64,000 nt of DNA from Treponemataceae bacterium (GTDB lineage Bacteria > Bacteroidota > Bacteroidia > Bacteroidales > UBA932), in assembly GCA_963635625.1 (NCBI GenBank), contig CAVHGF010000001.1, forward strand, positions 6,239-70,238, in the 5' to 3' direction. Under the pieces are notes generated by a model that was given only the letters and a program-made list of their open reading frames with translations, made no database searches and was not told where the DNA came from. Position numbers and translations under genes: made by a program. Of the stretch, positions 42,017 to 52,105 are shown piece after piece (within the stretch, counting starts at the first letter, position 1; every line of letters starts with the position of its first letter).

Positions 42017-42547
42017 CTATTTGAAAAAGGTGAAGTGCACCTTACCGTAACTCCTCTGCTTGAAAAAGCGGGGATGTGCGCTGAAATCGTGACCGGGACC
42101 GTGTTCCAGAATGAAATAGCAGTCGGGGTGAAGAATATCCTTTTCAAAAACCCTGTCAGGAATGGATTCAAGTCCTTCGATAGCATAAGGAGGGTCGGCG
42201 AAAACGATATCGAACTTTTCGTGACAGACATCCAGAAAATCAAACACGTTGTCTCTTACCATAGTGACATTATCCAGACCGAGACGGGAAGCTTCAGTCT
42301 TTATGAAAGAAGCATTCTCCCTGGACATCTCCACACAATACACTCTGCCTACCCCGCGGGAGCCGAATTCGAATGAGACGGCTCCGGTTCCGCCGAAAAG
42401 ATCGAGGACATTGAGGTCGTCGAATTCATATTCGTTATCCAGGATATTGAACAAGGCCTCCCTGGCAAAATCCGTGGTAGGACGCGCCTTATATCCTGCG
42501 GGAGGAAGAATGGTTTTCCCTTTAAGCTTTCCCCCTATTATCCTCAT
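42017..42547 (-). CDS. rsmD: RsmD family 16S rRNA m2G966 methyltransferase
   Basis: MRIIGG, RPTTD..REALFN, LDLFGGTG and FADPPY. Confidence 0.92.
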   Translation of the reverse strand: MRIIGGKLKGKTILPPAGYKARPTTDFAREALFNILDNEYEFDDLNVLDLFGGTGAVSFEFGSRGVGRVYCVEMSRENASFIKTEASRLGLDNVTMVRDNVFDFLDVCHEKFDIVFADPPYAIEGLESIPDRVFEKDILHPDCYFILEHGPGHDFSAHPRFFKQRSYGKVHFTFFK

Positions 42548-42981
42548 AACGATTTGACCTCCATAAAGTAATGATAAAGCATTACTTGTCTTTCAGAAGA
42601 AAGCGGACTCCGGAAATAAATGGTGGAAACTTCCGGATTAAGCTGGAGAGATTTAAGGGCGAGTATCACAAAATACATCACGCCCACGAAATCCGATGTA
42701 TGATAGGTATTGGCCAGAAGAAGGGATTTCCCTTGAGCGATACAAAGACTGAGGACACTCCCGTCCCAGTGACAAAGTATCTTGTTATATTCCTTTATCG
42801 ACAACAAGTCGCCGAGACAGGCCAATAGTGCCGGCTTTTCTTCTCCGGCATATATGAAATATGAGTCAAAAGCGCTCAGATGTACTGAGTGAACCGCTTC
42901 GTCCTCTGATATATCAACGACTTGTGCGAGATATTCTCTCGCACAAGCCTTATCATAAAATGGTGTCGGGACAATAGTCAC
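42544..42981 (-). CDS. DUF3822-like protein (short form)
   Basis: TIVP..FY and LLLANTY....DFVGVMYF patterns; position upstream of rsmD; GTG start. Confidence 0.6.
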   Translation of the reverse strand: MTIVPTPFYDKACAREYLAQVVDISEDEAVHSVHLSAFDSYFIYAGEEKPALLACLGDLLSIKEYNKILCHWDGSVLSLCIAQGKSLLLANTYHTSDFVGVMYFVILALKSLQLNPEVSTIYFRSPLSSERQVMLYHYFMEVKSL

Positions 42982-42985
42982 GTTC

Positions 42986-43726
42986 CTACTCCCAGTTTCC
43001 TGCGTTATTGTTAGGAGATGTGACGCTACCTACCTGAAGACCCTCGTAACGGTTTGAATTGCGGCACTCGGAATCAAGATTGATACGAAGCTGATTATCA
43101 AGACCGTGGAGAAGGTATCTGTAAGGCATACGGGCTTCGAAAAGAGGCACTTTCACACCTGACACCGTCTTGACGACGGCTTCCATCTCCGTAGCGACTC
43201 CTCCGGAATATGGAATGGTGCGAAGAGAATCCACGTTGAATGAAGGACGGGCCTTGAAGAGGGTGTCTCTTACCGGAATCTTCTGATCAACGGTGAACAC
43301 CAGTTTCTTGTCACCTTTCTGATATCTTTCGTAATAGAACTTGTTCAACTGCTCGCCTCTGAGCCAAGGAACTGTCTTGCGGACCTCTTTAGTATGGGCT
43401 ACGGAAAGAGAGTCATCCCTGGATCCCATCTGCATCTTTACCACGATGTTGCCTGTAAGATAGAAGGTGGCAAGAGAATCGAAGTTGTCCGTGTATTTGC
43501 CATTGACGCTCTTGTATGCCTCCTGGAGCGTACGGATATCCTTCAAGCGCTGAATACCCACCTGCTCGCGTACAGATTTAGCCTTATTGAATTTAACAGG
43601 CTGCGAGATACTGTCCACAAGCGCATACACGAGAACTATCGAGCATACCGGGAGAATGAACCAGGTGACGAGTCTGTTCAGCACCTTGTTCTGCATAAAC
43701 TTAAGCCAAGTGTCCTTTGTAATCAT
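42986..43726 (-). CDS. Conserved Bacteroidota hypothetical protein with N-terminal TM anchor
   Basis: SI..PVKF, RLKDIR..Q..Y and GLQVGS...NNAGNWE C-terminus. Confidence 0.75.
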   Translation of the reverse strand: MITKDTWLKFMQNKVLNRLVTWFILPVCSIVLVYALVDSISQPVKFNKAKSVREQVGIQRLKDIRTLQEAYKSVNGKYTDNFDSLATFYLTGNIVVKMQMGSRDDSLSVAHTKEVRKTVPWLRGEQLNKFYYERYQKGDKKLVFTVDQKIPVRDTLFKARPSFNVDSLRTIPYSGGVATEMEAVVKTVSGVKVPLFEARMPYRYLLHGLDNQLRINLDSECRNSNRYEGLQVGSVTSPNNNAGNWE

Positions 43727-43816
43727 TTTTTTATCTTTTTATTTTTGTTTCAACTAAGCCGAGCAAAGTTAGCAAAATCATTTATTAAATGCAATATTCT
43801 TATTAAATTTGCGCCT

Positions 43817-44821
43817 ATGTTAGAAAGTCAGGAACTCACCGTTACAGCCTCTCTGATAGAGCGTGCGGACAATATCGTGATAGTGACGCACGAGCACCCC
43901 GACGGGGATGCCGCCGGCAGCAGCAGCGCATTGGCAGAGTACCTGAGGACAAAGGGGAAAAGCAATATTTCCATCGTCAGGGAGCCTCTGCCCCACACCT
44001 TGCTTTTCATAGATTCATCAGAGACATTTTATGGGGAAGATGCCGTTTCTCTGATAGAAAAGGCCGACCTGATTCTATGCACCGATTTCTGCGAACCGGT
44101 CAGGTGCGGTTACCCGGCAGAGGCGCTGGAACGTTCCGGTGCCAAAAAGATTCTTTTCGACCACCATATGGGGCCGCAAAGAGAAAAATTCGACGTAATC
44201 TTCAGCAGAACAGACACTTCGTCGGCCTGCGAGATAGTATACTATGTCTTGAAAGAACTATGTGCGGATGATGATGAACGCCGGGAACTTATGGGCGGCC
44301 GATGCGGATTCTGCCTTATGGCGGGAATGACCACGGACACGAACAACTTCTCGTGTGCAACCTTCGCCTCCACGCTTCAGATGGCGGGAGAGCTGCTTTC
44401 TTACGGAATAGACAGAAACAGGATCGTATCCGAAATATACAACCGCTACAGGGAGAACAGGGTACGCGCTTTCGCATACATACTTTCGAACCAGTTTTTC
44501 ATTCGCGAAGACGGTATCGCCGTCATAAAAGTGAGCAACGATATTTGGCATAGATTTGGCTTAATGGAGGGCGAGCTTGAGAACCTGGTGAACATCCCTC
44601 TGAGCATAGATAAAGTGAAAGTGTCGATTTATCTCAGAGAAGACCCTGCCGCCATACGCGTGTCCATACGCTCCAAGGAAGGCTGGTCTGCGCGCAATAT
44701 CGCGAGGGCTTATTTCCACGGAGGCGGTCACGAATTGGCATCGGGAGGCAAGTTGGTTTTAGGTGAAGATATCGGCGGATTCGAAGAGCTGGACAATTAT
44801 TTAGAAAAGATCGAATTATGA
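43817..44821 (+). CDS. DHH family phosphoesterase (NrnA-like)
   Basis: HEHPDGDA, DHH, TDT, SIRS and GGGH..ASGG; ATG at 43817, 5 nt after TAAATTTG. Confidence 0.92.
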   Translation: MLESQELTVTASLIERADNIVIVTHEHPDGDAAGSSSALAEYLRTKGKSNISIVREPLPHTLLFIDSSETFYGEDAVSLIEKADLILCTDFCEPVRCGYPAEALERSGAKKILFDHHMGPQREKFDVIFSRTDTSSACEIVYYVLKELCADDDERRELMGGRCGFCLMAGMTTDTNNFSCATFASTLQMAGELLSYGIDRNRIVSEIYNRYRENRVRAFAYILSNQFFIREDGIAVIKVSNDIWHRFGLMEGELENLVNIPLSIDKVKVSIYLREDPAAIRVSIRSKEGWSARNIARAYFHGGGHELASGGKLVLGEDIGGFEELDNYLEKIEL

Positions 44822-45831
44822 AAAATACCTTTATATGGCTTACAGCAAGCGTTTTGCTTGTGGCATCGTGCGCAAAGGAAGGGTCAAGCGACACCGGGGG
44901 ATTGGCACTGAAAGAATTCAACGCGTGGATTTCCGTAAACAAGGAAAGTTCGTGGAAGGAAACGGAATTGGGATCGTGGATCATCAGCCTGGATCCGGGC
45001 GACGTTTCCTCTCAAAGCGTCAGCTCTGTCGACGACAATCCATACCTCAGACTTGAATACACGGTCACCTCTCTTGACGGCACGGTGAGCGAGACCACGT
45101 CGGAGGCCGTTTCCAAAAGAATAGGCGAATATGACAAGCGTACATACTACGGGCCGAAATTCTCCTACAGAGGCCAGAACAGCTCATACGCCGGGATAGA
45201 GGAACTGCTCGCGCAGATGGGTGTAGGCGGGAGATGCAAAGTGATAGTGCCTGGATGGCTTCTTACCACCAGCCGCTACTCCACGAAAGAAGAATACATC
45301 GCCAATATGAGTTCTTCCACCTCCGCACTGATATACGATTTCTCCATCGCAGAGAGCGTCAAAGACGTTACGGAATGGGAGATGGACCTGCTGAAAAAAG
45401 CTATGGGAGCGGATTGGGACAAAGCGGATTCGCTGACAACCGGCGTATACTATGTCCAGGACGTGGCTTCCGACAAACCGGACACCACTTTCAGTTCCAG
45501 CGCAAAGGTCTATATCAACTACATCTGCAGAAGAATCGACGGAACGGGCATAGACACGAACATCGCCGATTCCGCTAAAGTTTTCGGCGGCAGCGCGACC
45601 GGAGATCCGGTCCTCATCAACTGGGGGGAGAGCGCCACCGACCTTACGATGACATCCAGCAAAAGCAGCGTAGTGAACGGATTCGCCTACGGAATATTCC
45701 AGATGAAGCCGCACGAGAAAGGCAGGGTCTATATGACATCGGCCAATGCCTACTCGTCAAGCGGTTCAGGGACAGCCATCCCGGCCTATTGTCCAATCTA
45801 TTTTGAAATCGAGTTAGTAGATAAAGAATAA
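44818..45831 (+). CDS. Lipoprotein with two FKBP-like PPIase domains
   Basis: Lipobox VASC; GIEELLAQMGVGGRCKVIVP and GF..GIFQM...AY...IPAYCPIYFEIEL. Confidence 0.72.
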   Translation: MKNTFIWLTASVLLVASCAKEGSSDTGGLALKEFNAWISVNKESSWKETELGSWIISLDPGDVSSQSVSSVDDNPYLRLEYTVTSLDGTVSETTSEAVSKRIGEYDKRTYYGPKFSYRGQNSSYAGIEELLAQMGVGGRCKVIVPGWLLTTSRYSTKEEYIANMSSSTSALIYDFSIAESVKDVTEWEMDLLKKAMGADWDKADSLTTGVYYVQDVASDKPDTTFSSSAKVYINYICRRIDGTGIDTNIADSAKVFGGSATGDPVLINWGESATDLTMTSSKSSVVNGFAYGIFQMKPHEKGRVYMTSANAYSSSGSGTAIPAYCPIYFEIELVDKE

Positions 45832-45834
45832 ATA

Positions 45835-47223
45835 ATGAACAACACAGCACCTACCGAACTGGGCACGGAAAAAGTCGGAACCTTACTTAAACAATATGCA
45901 ACGCCGGGAATTGTCGCGATGACAGCTTCCTCGTTGTATAATATGGTGGACAGCATCTATATCGGCAACATCCCCGAAGTAGGGACATTGGCGATGTCAG
46001 GTCTGGCGGTGACATTCCCTCTTATGAACCTGAGCGCCGCAATCGGAACACTCGTAGGTGTCGGGGCGGCCACTATGACGTCTATGATGCTCGGGCAGAA
46101 AAACTACGCCGTAGCGAACAAGATCCTGTCCAACGTAATGACTCTGAACACTTTGTTCGGTCTCGCATTCAGCGTAGTGGTACTTGCATTCCTGGACCCT
46201 ATACTTTACTTCTTCGGAGCGTCGGATGCCACCATCCCCTATGCCAGAGACTATATGACCTATATTCTTTTCGGTAACGTGGTCACCCATATGTATATGG
46301 GTCTGAACAACCTTATCAGAGCATCAGGGAATCCGAATACGGCTATGGCACTCACCCTTTTCACCGTGATTTCCAATGCGATAATGGACCCCATATTCAT
46401 ATTCGTATTCAAAATGGGAATAAAAGGTGCTGCCATCGCCACCATCCTGTGCCAGATATTCGCGCTGATATACGCCATATATTACTTCTGCGACAAGAAA
46501 AAAATCATCCATTACGGCCGACACGCCTTCGGCTGGGACGGTAAAATCGCAAAGGCGTCGCTCAGCATAGGTATGGGGCCATTCCTTATGAACTGTGCGA
46601 GCTGCATAGTCACGCTCTTCATCAATCAACAGCTGAAGGCTCACGGAGGAGACATAGCGATAGCGGCATACGGAATAGCCAACAGAATAACATTCTTCTT
46701 CCTTATGATATGTATGGGATTCAACCAGGGAATGCAGCCTATCGCCAGCTACAACTGGGGCGCCAAACAATACTCGCGCGTGAGACAGGTATTCTGGCTT
46801 ACTACGGGATGCGTTACGGTAATGACCGTCCTATGCTTCATATTCAGCGTTTTGTGCCCGGGTTTGCTGGTAAGCATATTCACCAATGACGCCGCCCTGG
46901 AAGAACACGCCATCCACGGATTGAAGATTATGAATCTCTGCGTAGGAATCATCAGCATAAACCTGGTAGCAGCCAATTTCTACCAGAACATAGGAATGGT
47001 GAAAAAGAGCATTCTGCTTTCACTCAGCAGACAATTGCTCATTCTGGTACCACTTCTCTATATTTTACCTACCTTTATGGGTGAAGACGGAGTATGGTAC
47101 TCATTCCCCATTTCAGATGTGGCTTCCTGTCTGATGGCCGGGATATGCATCGCCATAACATCCCGCAAACTGAAGAATCTTAAAGACGGAGAAGGACTTG
47201 TCGCCTTCGAAGGAGAAGTATAA
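45835..47223 (+). CDS. MATE family efflux transporter
   Basis: YNMVDSIYIG, DPIFIF..MGIKGAAIAT and QGMQPI; about 12 TM segments. Confidence 0.92.
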   Translation: MNNTAPTELGTEKVGTLLKQYATPGIVAMTASSLYNMVDSIYIGNIPEVGTLAMSGLAVTFPLMNLSAAIGTLVGVGAATMTSMMLGQKNYAVANKILSNVMTLNTLFGLAFSVVVLAFLDPILYFFGASDATIPYARDYMTYILFGNVVTHMYMGLNNLIRASGNPNTAMALTLFTVISNAIMDPIFIFVFKMGIKGAAIATILCQIFALIYAIYYFCDKKKIIHYGRHAFGWDGKIAKASLSIGMGPFLMNCASCIVTLFINQQLKAHGGDIAIAAYGIANRITFFFLMICMGFNQGMQPIASYNWGAKQYSRVRQVFWLTTGCVTVMTVLCFIFSVLCPGLLVSIFTNDAALEEHAIHGLKIMNLCVGIISINLVAANFYQNIGMVKKSILLSLSRQLLILVPLLYILPTFMGEDGVWYSFPISDVASCLMAGICIAITSRKLKNLKDGEGLVAFEGEV

Positions 47224-47225
47224 AT

Positions 47226-47801
47226 ATGGAAAAGAAACACATAATCATTAACATTGGACGCCAATTCGGAAGCGGGGGCAAAGCCACGGCGGACGAATTA
47301 GGCAAACGTCTGGGAATCAACGTCTACGACGGAGAACTTCTGACGGAGGCCGCAAAAAAGAGCGGCATACGCAAGGAACTCTTCAAGACAAGCGACGAAA
47401 AGCACAGATTCTGGGCTTTCGGGACAGGGCTTGGAGATAACGAACTATTTAAGATTCAGAGCGATACCATACGCGACATAGCACAGAAAGGTGACGCCAT
47501 CTTCGTGGGAAGAGCGTCAGACTATGTGCTCCGCGATATGGATTGCATAGACGTGTTCATCAGCGCACCTTTCGAAGTGCGTGTCAAAAAGATGATGGAG
47601 GAAAAGGACCTTACGGAAAGGGAAGCCGAACTTCTGATCCAAAGGAAAGACAAGGAAAGAGCGGATTACTATAACTTCTTCACTTTCACGGAGTGGGGTG
47701 TAGCATCCAATTATGACCTATGTATAGATTCGGCCATCCTCGGAATTCCGGGGACAGCCGATTTCATAATAGAATACGCCAGGCGCAGAGGCCTGTTGTA
47801 A
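47226..47801 (+). CDS. Cytidylate kinase-like family protein
   Basis: IGRQFGSGG, VGRASDY, RADYY and YDLCIDS. Confidence 0.88.
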   Translation: MEKKHIIINIGRQFGSGGKATADELGKRLGINVYDGELLTEAAKKSGIRKELFKTSDEKHRFWAFGTGLGDNELFKIQSDTIRDIAQKGDAIFVGRASDYVLRDMDCIDVFISAPFEVRVKKMMEEKDLTEREAELLIQRKDKERADYYNFFTFTEWGVASNYDLCIDSAILGIPGTADFIIEYARRRGLL

Positions 47802-47803
47802 TC

Positions 47804-48712
47804 TTATTTTGCGCACATAACGGCAGCAGCGATCGAGTTGAGTTTAGTCTCGGCGCTGTCCGCACGTGAAACCAGAAGACAAGGAGCGATTGTGCCTACA
47901 AGCATCCCTCCTTGTTTTACGTCTTTACAGAGTTTCGAATTCGTCTTCCAGAACACATTGGCAGACTCGATGTTAGGGAAGAGAAGGCAATCAGCGTCGC
48001 CAGCCACTTCGCTCTTGAGCCCCTTGATGTCTGCGGACTCCTTGTCTATGGCCACATCAAGTGCAAGAGGGCCGTCGCCAAGGCACACGCCCAACTGTCC
48101 GCGATTGGCCATAGATGAAAGCATAGCGCCTTCGATGCAGGCAGGCATAGAGTCAAGCATCTGTTCTGATGCGGCGATGAAAGCTATCTTAGGCTTGGCT
48201 ATTCCGAAAGACTTGGCCGTAGAAAGAAGGAATCCGGCTTCCTTGACCTTCTGACGGAATTCAGGAGCGGGGATGACGGCCATATCACTGATAAACATAA
48301 GTTTGTGATAGTTAGGGTTATCTATGATGCCCACGTGGCTCAAAAGACCCTTTGCAGGAAGAAGTCCGACCTCCTTGTTGAGAATGGCGCGAAGGAACTT
48401 GTCCGTAGAGCACAGACCCTTCATAAGGACATCGCCCATCTTGTCGTGGACAAGTGCCACGGCTGCGCTTACCGCCTTAAGTTCGACAGGTTCGTCCACA
48501 ATGGTGAATTTTGTGACTTCGAATCCGTTCGCATTGCAGACGGCCTCGATCTTCGACTTGTCTCCCACCAATGTGGCCTGAACAAAACCCATCTCCACGG
48601 CCCTGTAAGCCGCCTCGATACTATGCTCGTCCACGCCCCACGCTACGACGAGTTTCTTACAAATGCCCTTCTCCTTCAATTCGGTGAAGAGCTCGGAAAA
48701 ATTGCTTATCAT
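47804..48712 (-). CDS. Phosphate acyltransferase, Ptb (butyryl)-like
   Basis: LMKG, DGPLALDVA, LLFPNIESAN and SRADS; 302 aa. Confidence 0.85.
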   Translation of the reverse strand: MISNFSELFTELKEKGICKKLVVAWGVDEHSIEAAYRAVEMGFVQATLVGDKSKIEAVCNANGFEVTKFTIVDEPVELKAVSAAVALVHDKMGDVLMKGLCSTDKFLRAILNKEVGLLPAKGLLSHVGIIDNPNYHKLMFISDMAVIPAPEFRQKVKEAGFLLSTAKSFGIAKPKIAFIAASEQMLDSMPACIEGAMLSSMANRGQLGVCLGDGPLALDVAIDKESADIKGLKSEVAGDADCLLFPNIESANVFWKTNSKLCKDVKQGGMLVGTIAPCLLVSRADSAETKLNSIAAAVMCAK

Positions 48713-48713
48713 C

Positions 48714-49925
48714 TTATTGTAAATCTTTTGTTAGTCTCATTGTATCTCTTGCTATCATAAGCTCCTCATCTGTAGGAACAAGAGCCACTTTCACGGTAGA
48801 ATCCGCGCAAGATATGATGGCAGCTTCGTGCGCAGCGTCGTTTACGGCCTTGTCTATCTTTATGCCCATATAAGAGAAGTTCTTGCAGACCTCCTCCCTG
48901 AGCCAGGCGTTGTTCTCTGCGATACCGGCGGTGAACACGATGAGGTCCACCCCGTTAAGTTCGGCGATATATGCGGCCACGAGCTTGGTGATGTCCAGCA
49001 CCACCTTGTCCAGCACGAGCTGTGCACGTTCATCTCCCTGCTCGGCATAACCCATAACGTCCCTCATATCCGAACTCTTGCCCGACAGGCCGAGGAATCC
49101 GGATTTTTTGTTCATTATATCAGTCATCTGGTCAGGAGTAAGGCCCTCCTTTTTCATTATATACGGAACGATATTGGCGTCTATCAGGCCACAGCGTGTC
49201 CCCATAATCATACCTTCGAGCGGAGTGAATCCCATAGAGGTGTCGACACACTTGCCGTCCTTGATGGCTGTGACGGAGCTTCCGTTACCGATATGGCAGG
49301 TGATTATGCGGCTGTCATTGATATCCAGCCCGGCCAATTTCGCACCTTCCCTGCTGACATACTGATGCGATGTCCCGTGTGCGCCGTAACGGCGGACTTT
49401 ATATTTCTGATAATACTCGTAAGGAAGAGCATACATATAGTTCTTCGGAGCCATACTCTGATGGAACGCAGTATCGAAAACGACTACCTGAGGCACGCTT
49501 GGCAGAACCTTCTGCACGGCCCTGATTCCAAGTATATGTGCAGGATTGTGGAGAGGCGCGAAATCACAGCATATCTTGATTTTCTCCATCACATCCTCGT
49601 CCACGACTACGGAACCGTCGAAATAATCCGCACCCTGCACGATTCTGTGTCCTACCGCGTCTATCTCGTCGAAACTCTTTATCACTCCGCTCTGAGGGTC
49701 CGTCAGCATTGACAGAACCACCTGCATACCTATCGTGTGATCAGGGACGCTGAGAGTCTTCACCACAGGAGTACCGCCTGTCGGCTTATGTGTGATTTTA
49801 CTGTCAGGAAGGGTGATTTTTTCCAAAAGGCCCTTGGCCAGAAGAGAATAATCCTCCTCGCTGCGCATATCAAGAAGCTGGTACTTGATAGACGAACTTC
49901 CGCAATTTATAACAAGAATCTTCAT
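48714..49925 (-). CDS. ackA: Acetate/propionate kinase
   Basis: INCGSSSIK, APLHNP, FDTAFH, DTSMGFTPLEG and TDEE. Confidence 0.93.
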   Translation of the reverse strand: MKILVINCGSSSIKYQLLDMRSEEDYSLLAKGLLEKITLPDSKITHKPTGGTPVVKTLSVPDHTIGMQVVLSMLTDPQSGVIKSFDEIDAVGHRIVQGADYFDGSVVVDEDVMEKIKICCDFAPLHNPAHILGIRAVQKVLPSVPQVVVFDTAFHQSMAPKNYMYALPYEYYQKYKVRRYGAHGTSHQYVSREGAKLAGLDINDSRIITCHIGNGSSVTAIKDGKCVDTSMGFTPLEGMIMGTRCGLIDANIVPYIMKKEGLTPDQMTDIMNKKSGFLGLSGKSSDMRDVMGYAEQGDERAQLVLDKVVLDITKLVAAYIAELNGVDLIVFTAGIAENNAWLREEVCKNFSYMGIKIDKAVNDAAHEAAIISCADSTVKVALVPTDEELMIARDTMRLTKDLQ

Positions 49926-50008
49926 ATGATGTCAATAATTATTCGAAATTAATTTCCCGGCCGCAAATTTAACAAAAAAAGGCGTACCTTAGCACCAACT
50001 GAACTGCT

Positions 50009-51076
50009 ATGAAAAGCAATTTGCTTCTTTTTGCTTCACTCCCCTTCCTGTGCGGAGTGATTACAGGCACATATGCCAATTTTCCTTCGGCCCACCTGTG
50101 GGGGCAAGGATGTGCGTGCATCATAGGCATAGCTTCACTGATGTCACTTTTCTGTTCGAAAAGACAGGTGTCACGGGTCATCCCGGCATCCATTTTTTTC
50201 TTATGCGGAGTATTATGCGTTGTCAACAGGAAACTCGGCTGCGAAATACATCTGCTTGAGGGCCCGCGAAACGATATGCTGGGGCTTCTGAAGTCAGCCG
50301 TGACCGGCACACCATTTAAAAAAGAAACGACGACAAGCCTTCTGCAGGCCTTGTTATGTGGAGACAAATCTCTGCTGACAAAAGAGATACGGACTGATTT
50401 CAGCAAAAGCGGAGCAGCGCATATCCTCGCCCTGTCCGGACTGCATCTTGCAATCTTGTCCGGGATGCTGAAAAAAAGTCTGTTCTTTCTGGGACACGGT
50501 CCGGCGGCGAAAAAGATAAGAAATACGATAGTTGTCTTCGCCAGCGGAGGGTATACGCTCTGTTGCGGAGCGGGCGCATCACTTGTCAGGGCATTCATCT
50601 TCATCTGCCTGCATTGTATGAACGAAGTGCTGCCCGAAAGAAAGACACCTCTTGGCAATCAGCTGCTTCTGGCGGCGATGATACAGCTATGCATACACCC
50701 CGAAGCAGTGGAAAGTCTCTCCTTCCAGCTGTCATACCTTTCTTGTGTGGGTATAATCTTTCTCTTCCCGAGGCTTGACAAATGGCTGCCGACGGAAAAA
50801 GGATTGGCCAGAAAAATCTGGTCTTCATTGGCTTTGTCACTCAGCTGCCAATTATTCACCTCTCCTCTTGTTTACATCAGGTTCGGAACCCTGCCCAAAT
50901 ATTTTCTTCTTGCCAACCTTTTCGCACTTCCTGTATGCGAAGCGCTGATGAACGTGAGTGTGGTCGCCGTAATACTGAATACCCTCGGAGTAAATCCGGG
51001 GGTACTTATAAGTCTGAGTGATATTCTTTCTGAAATGATGCTCGGCATCCTTCACATCATAGCCGGGCTCACTTGA
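50009..51076 (+). CDS. comEC: ComEC/Rec2 family competence protein (membrane domain only)
   Basis: SGAAHILALSGLH, SLVRA and SFQLSY. Confidence 0.82.
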   Translation: MKSNLLLFASLPFLCGVITGTYANFPSAHLWGQGCACIIGIASLMSLFCSKRQVSRVIPASIFFLCGVLCVVNRKLGCEIHLLEGPRNDMLGLLKSAVTGTPFKKETTTSLLQALLCGDKSLLTKEIRTDFSKSGAAHILALSGLHLAILSGMLKKSLFFLGHGPAAKKIRNTIVVFASGGYTLCCGAGASLVRAFIFICLHCMNEVLPERKTPLGNQLLLAAMIQLCIHPEAVESLSFQLSYLSCVGIIFLFPRLDKWLPTEKGLARKIWSSLALSLSCQLFTSPLVYIRFGTLPKYFLLANLFALPVCEALMNVSVVAVILNTLGVNPGVLISLSDILSEMMLGILHIIAGLT

Positions 51077-52025
51077 CGCATCTTATCTGCGCAGCGAAAT
51101 CCGTTTCGCTCGGATTCACCCAATCCAGAACTTTAGGCGTGGCCACATAGATGTATTTGCATATAGGTTTCCCTTCATCGCTTGCCCAATAAAAGGCATA
51201 ATCGTTGAAACCCGTGAAATCATATTCGTCATCCACTATCGTGGCATAACCGAAAGGCATAAGGAACATCCGGTGCTTATTGGTGACCTTGACATCGGGC
51301 CAGAACTCCCACAGACGCTCTCCGTTATAATAAGCGTCACACATCAAATCTCCGGCCGACTCGCCAAGCGCATTCCACTCTTCGGACGTAGGGAGCCTCC
51401 ACCCTGACGGACAGGCGGACTGGGCATCTTCCCAATTGTAAAAACCGCCGAAAATATCGTCCGTGGCTTTTTCTTCATAATATGAACGGCCGGCAAGATA
51501 CTTCCCGTCAGAATCTTTCTCATAATAGGCAAGATTCTCGGCCATCCAGAATTTTCCGTCTATATTGACCTGCCTGTACGATTTTCCGTCGCGGGTGTCT
51601 ATAAATGAAGAAAGGGACGACCTGTCACAGCCGGTAAGAGACTTGTCGCTCACGACCGTAGCGGTGAGAGTCACCGTCTTGGAATAATATCCCGTCGCCT
51701 CCGCTGTCGCCGTGATGGTATATTCTCCGACCATATCCGGAATGGTCACGCTGTATGAAGACACTGTATCTCTCTGGTTGTCAACTGAATTCTTATAAAC
51801 ATAATACAGAATCACATCTTCTTTAGTCTCTGTATCAGGGATGGACACTCCCTTGGATTCAAAAGAATAGACATCCCCCGGATTGACATACAAAGGCAAC
51901 TCGCCGACTGTAAGAGTACCGGAAAGTGAAGAATATGTTGAACTGCTGCTACTGTCTTTCTTACAAGAATACGACAAGAGGCCGCCCAGGGCCAATGCTA
52001 CAACAACCGCTTTTCTAAATTTCAT
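51069..52025 (-). CDS. FISUMP (Fib_succ_major) domain lipoprotein
   Basis: Lipobox SYSC; DTRDGKSY...WMAENL...YNW..A..ACPSGWRLPT..EW...IRCVK; ATG at 52025. Confidence 0.85.
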   Translation of the reverse strand: MKFRKAVVVALALGGLLSYSCKKDSSSSSTYSSLSGTLTVGELPLYVNPGDVYSFESKGVSIPDTETKEDVILYYVYKNSVDNQRDTVSSYSVTIPDMVGEYTITATAEATGYYSKTVTLTATVVSDKSLTGCDRSSLSSFIDTRDGKSYRQVNIDGKFWMAENLAYYEKDSDGKYLAGRSYYEEKATDDIFGGFYNWEDAQSACPSGWRLPTSEEWNALGESAGDLMCDAYYNGERLWEFWPDVKVTNKHRMFLMPFGYATIVDDEYDFTGFNDYAFYWASDEGKPICKYIYVATPKVLDWVNPSETDFAAQIRCVK

Positions 52026-52105
52026 AGTGACGAAAAGTATAAATCGTACAAAGATGCATATTTTGGCGCAAAAATCACGTATTTTTGTACAAATACTTTG
52101 CCGAG

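Noticed and set aside
43394..43816. 141-aa N-terminal extension of the DHH ORF in the track
   Set aside because: It overlaps the opposite-strand gene; a promoter box and ATG at 43817 give a normal-length protein.
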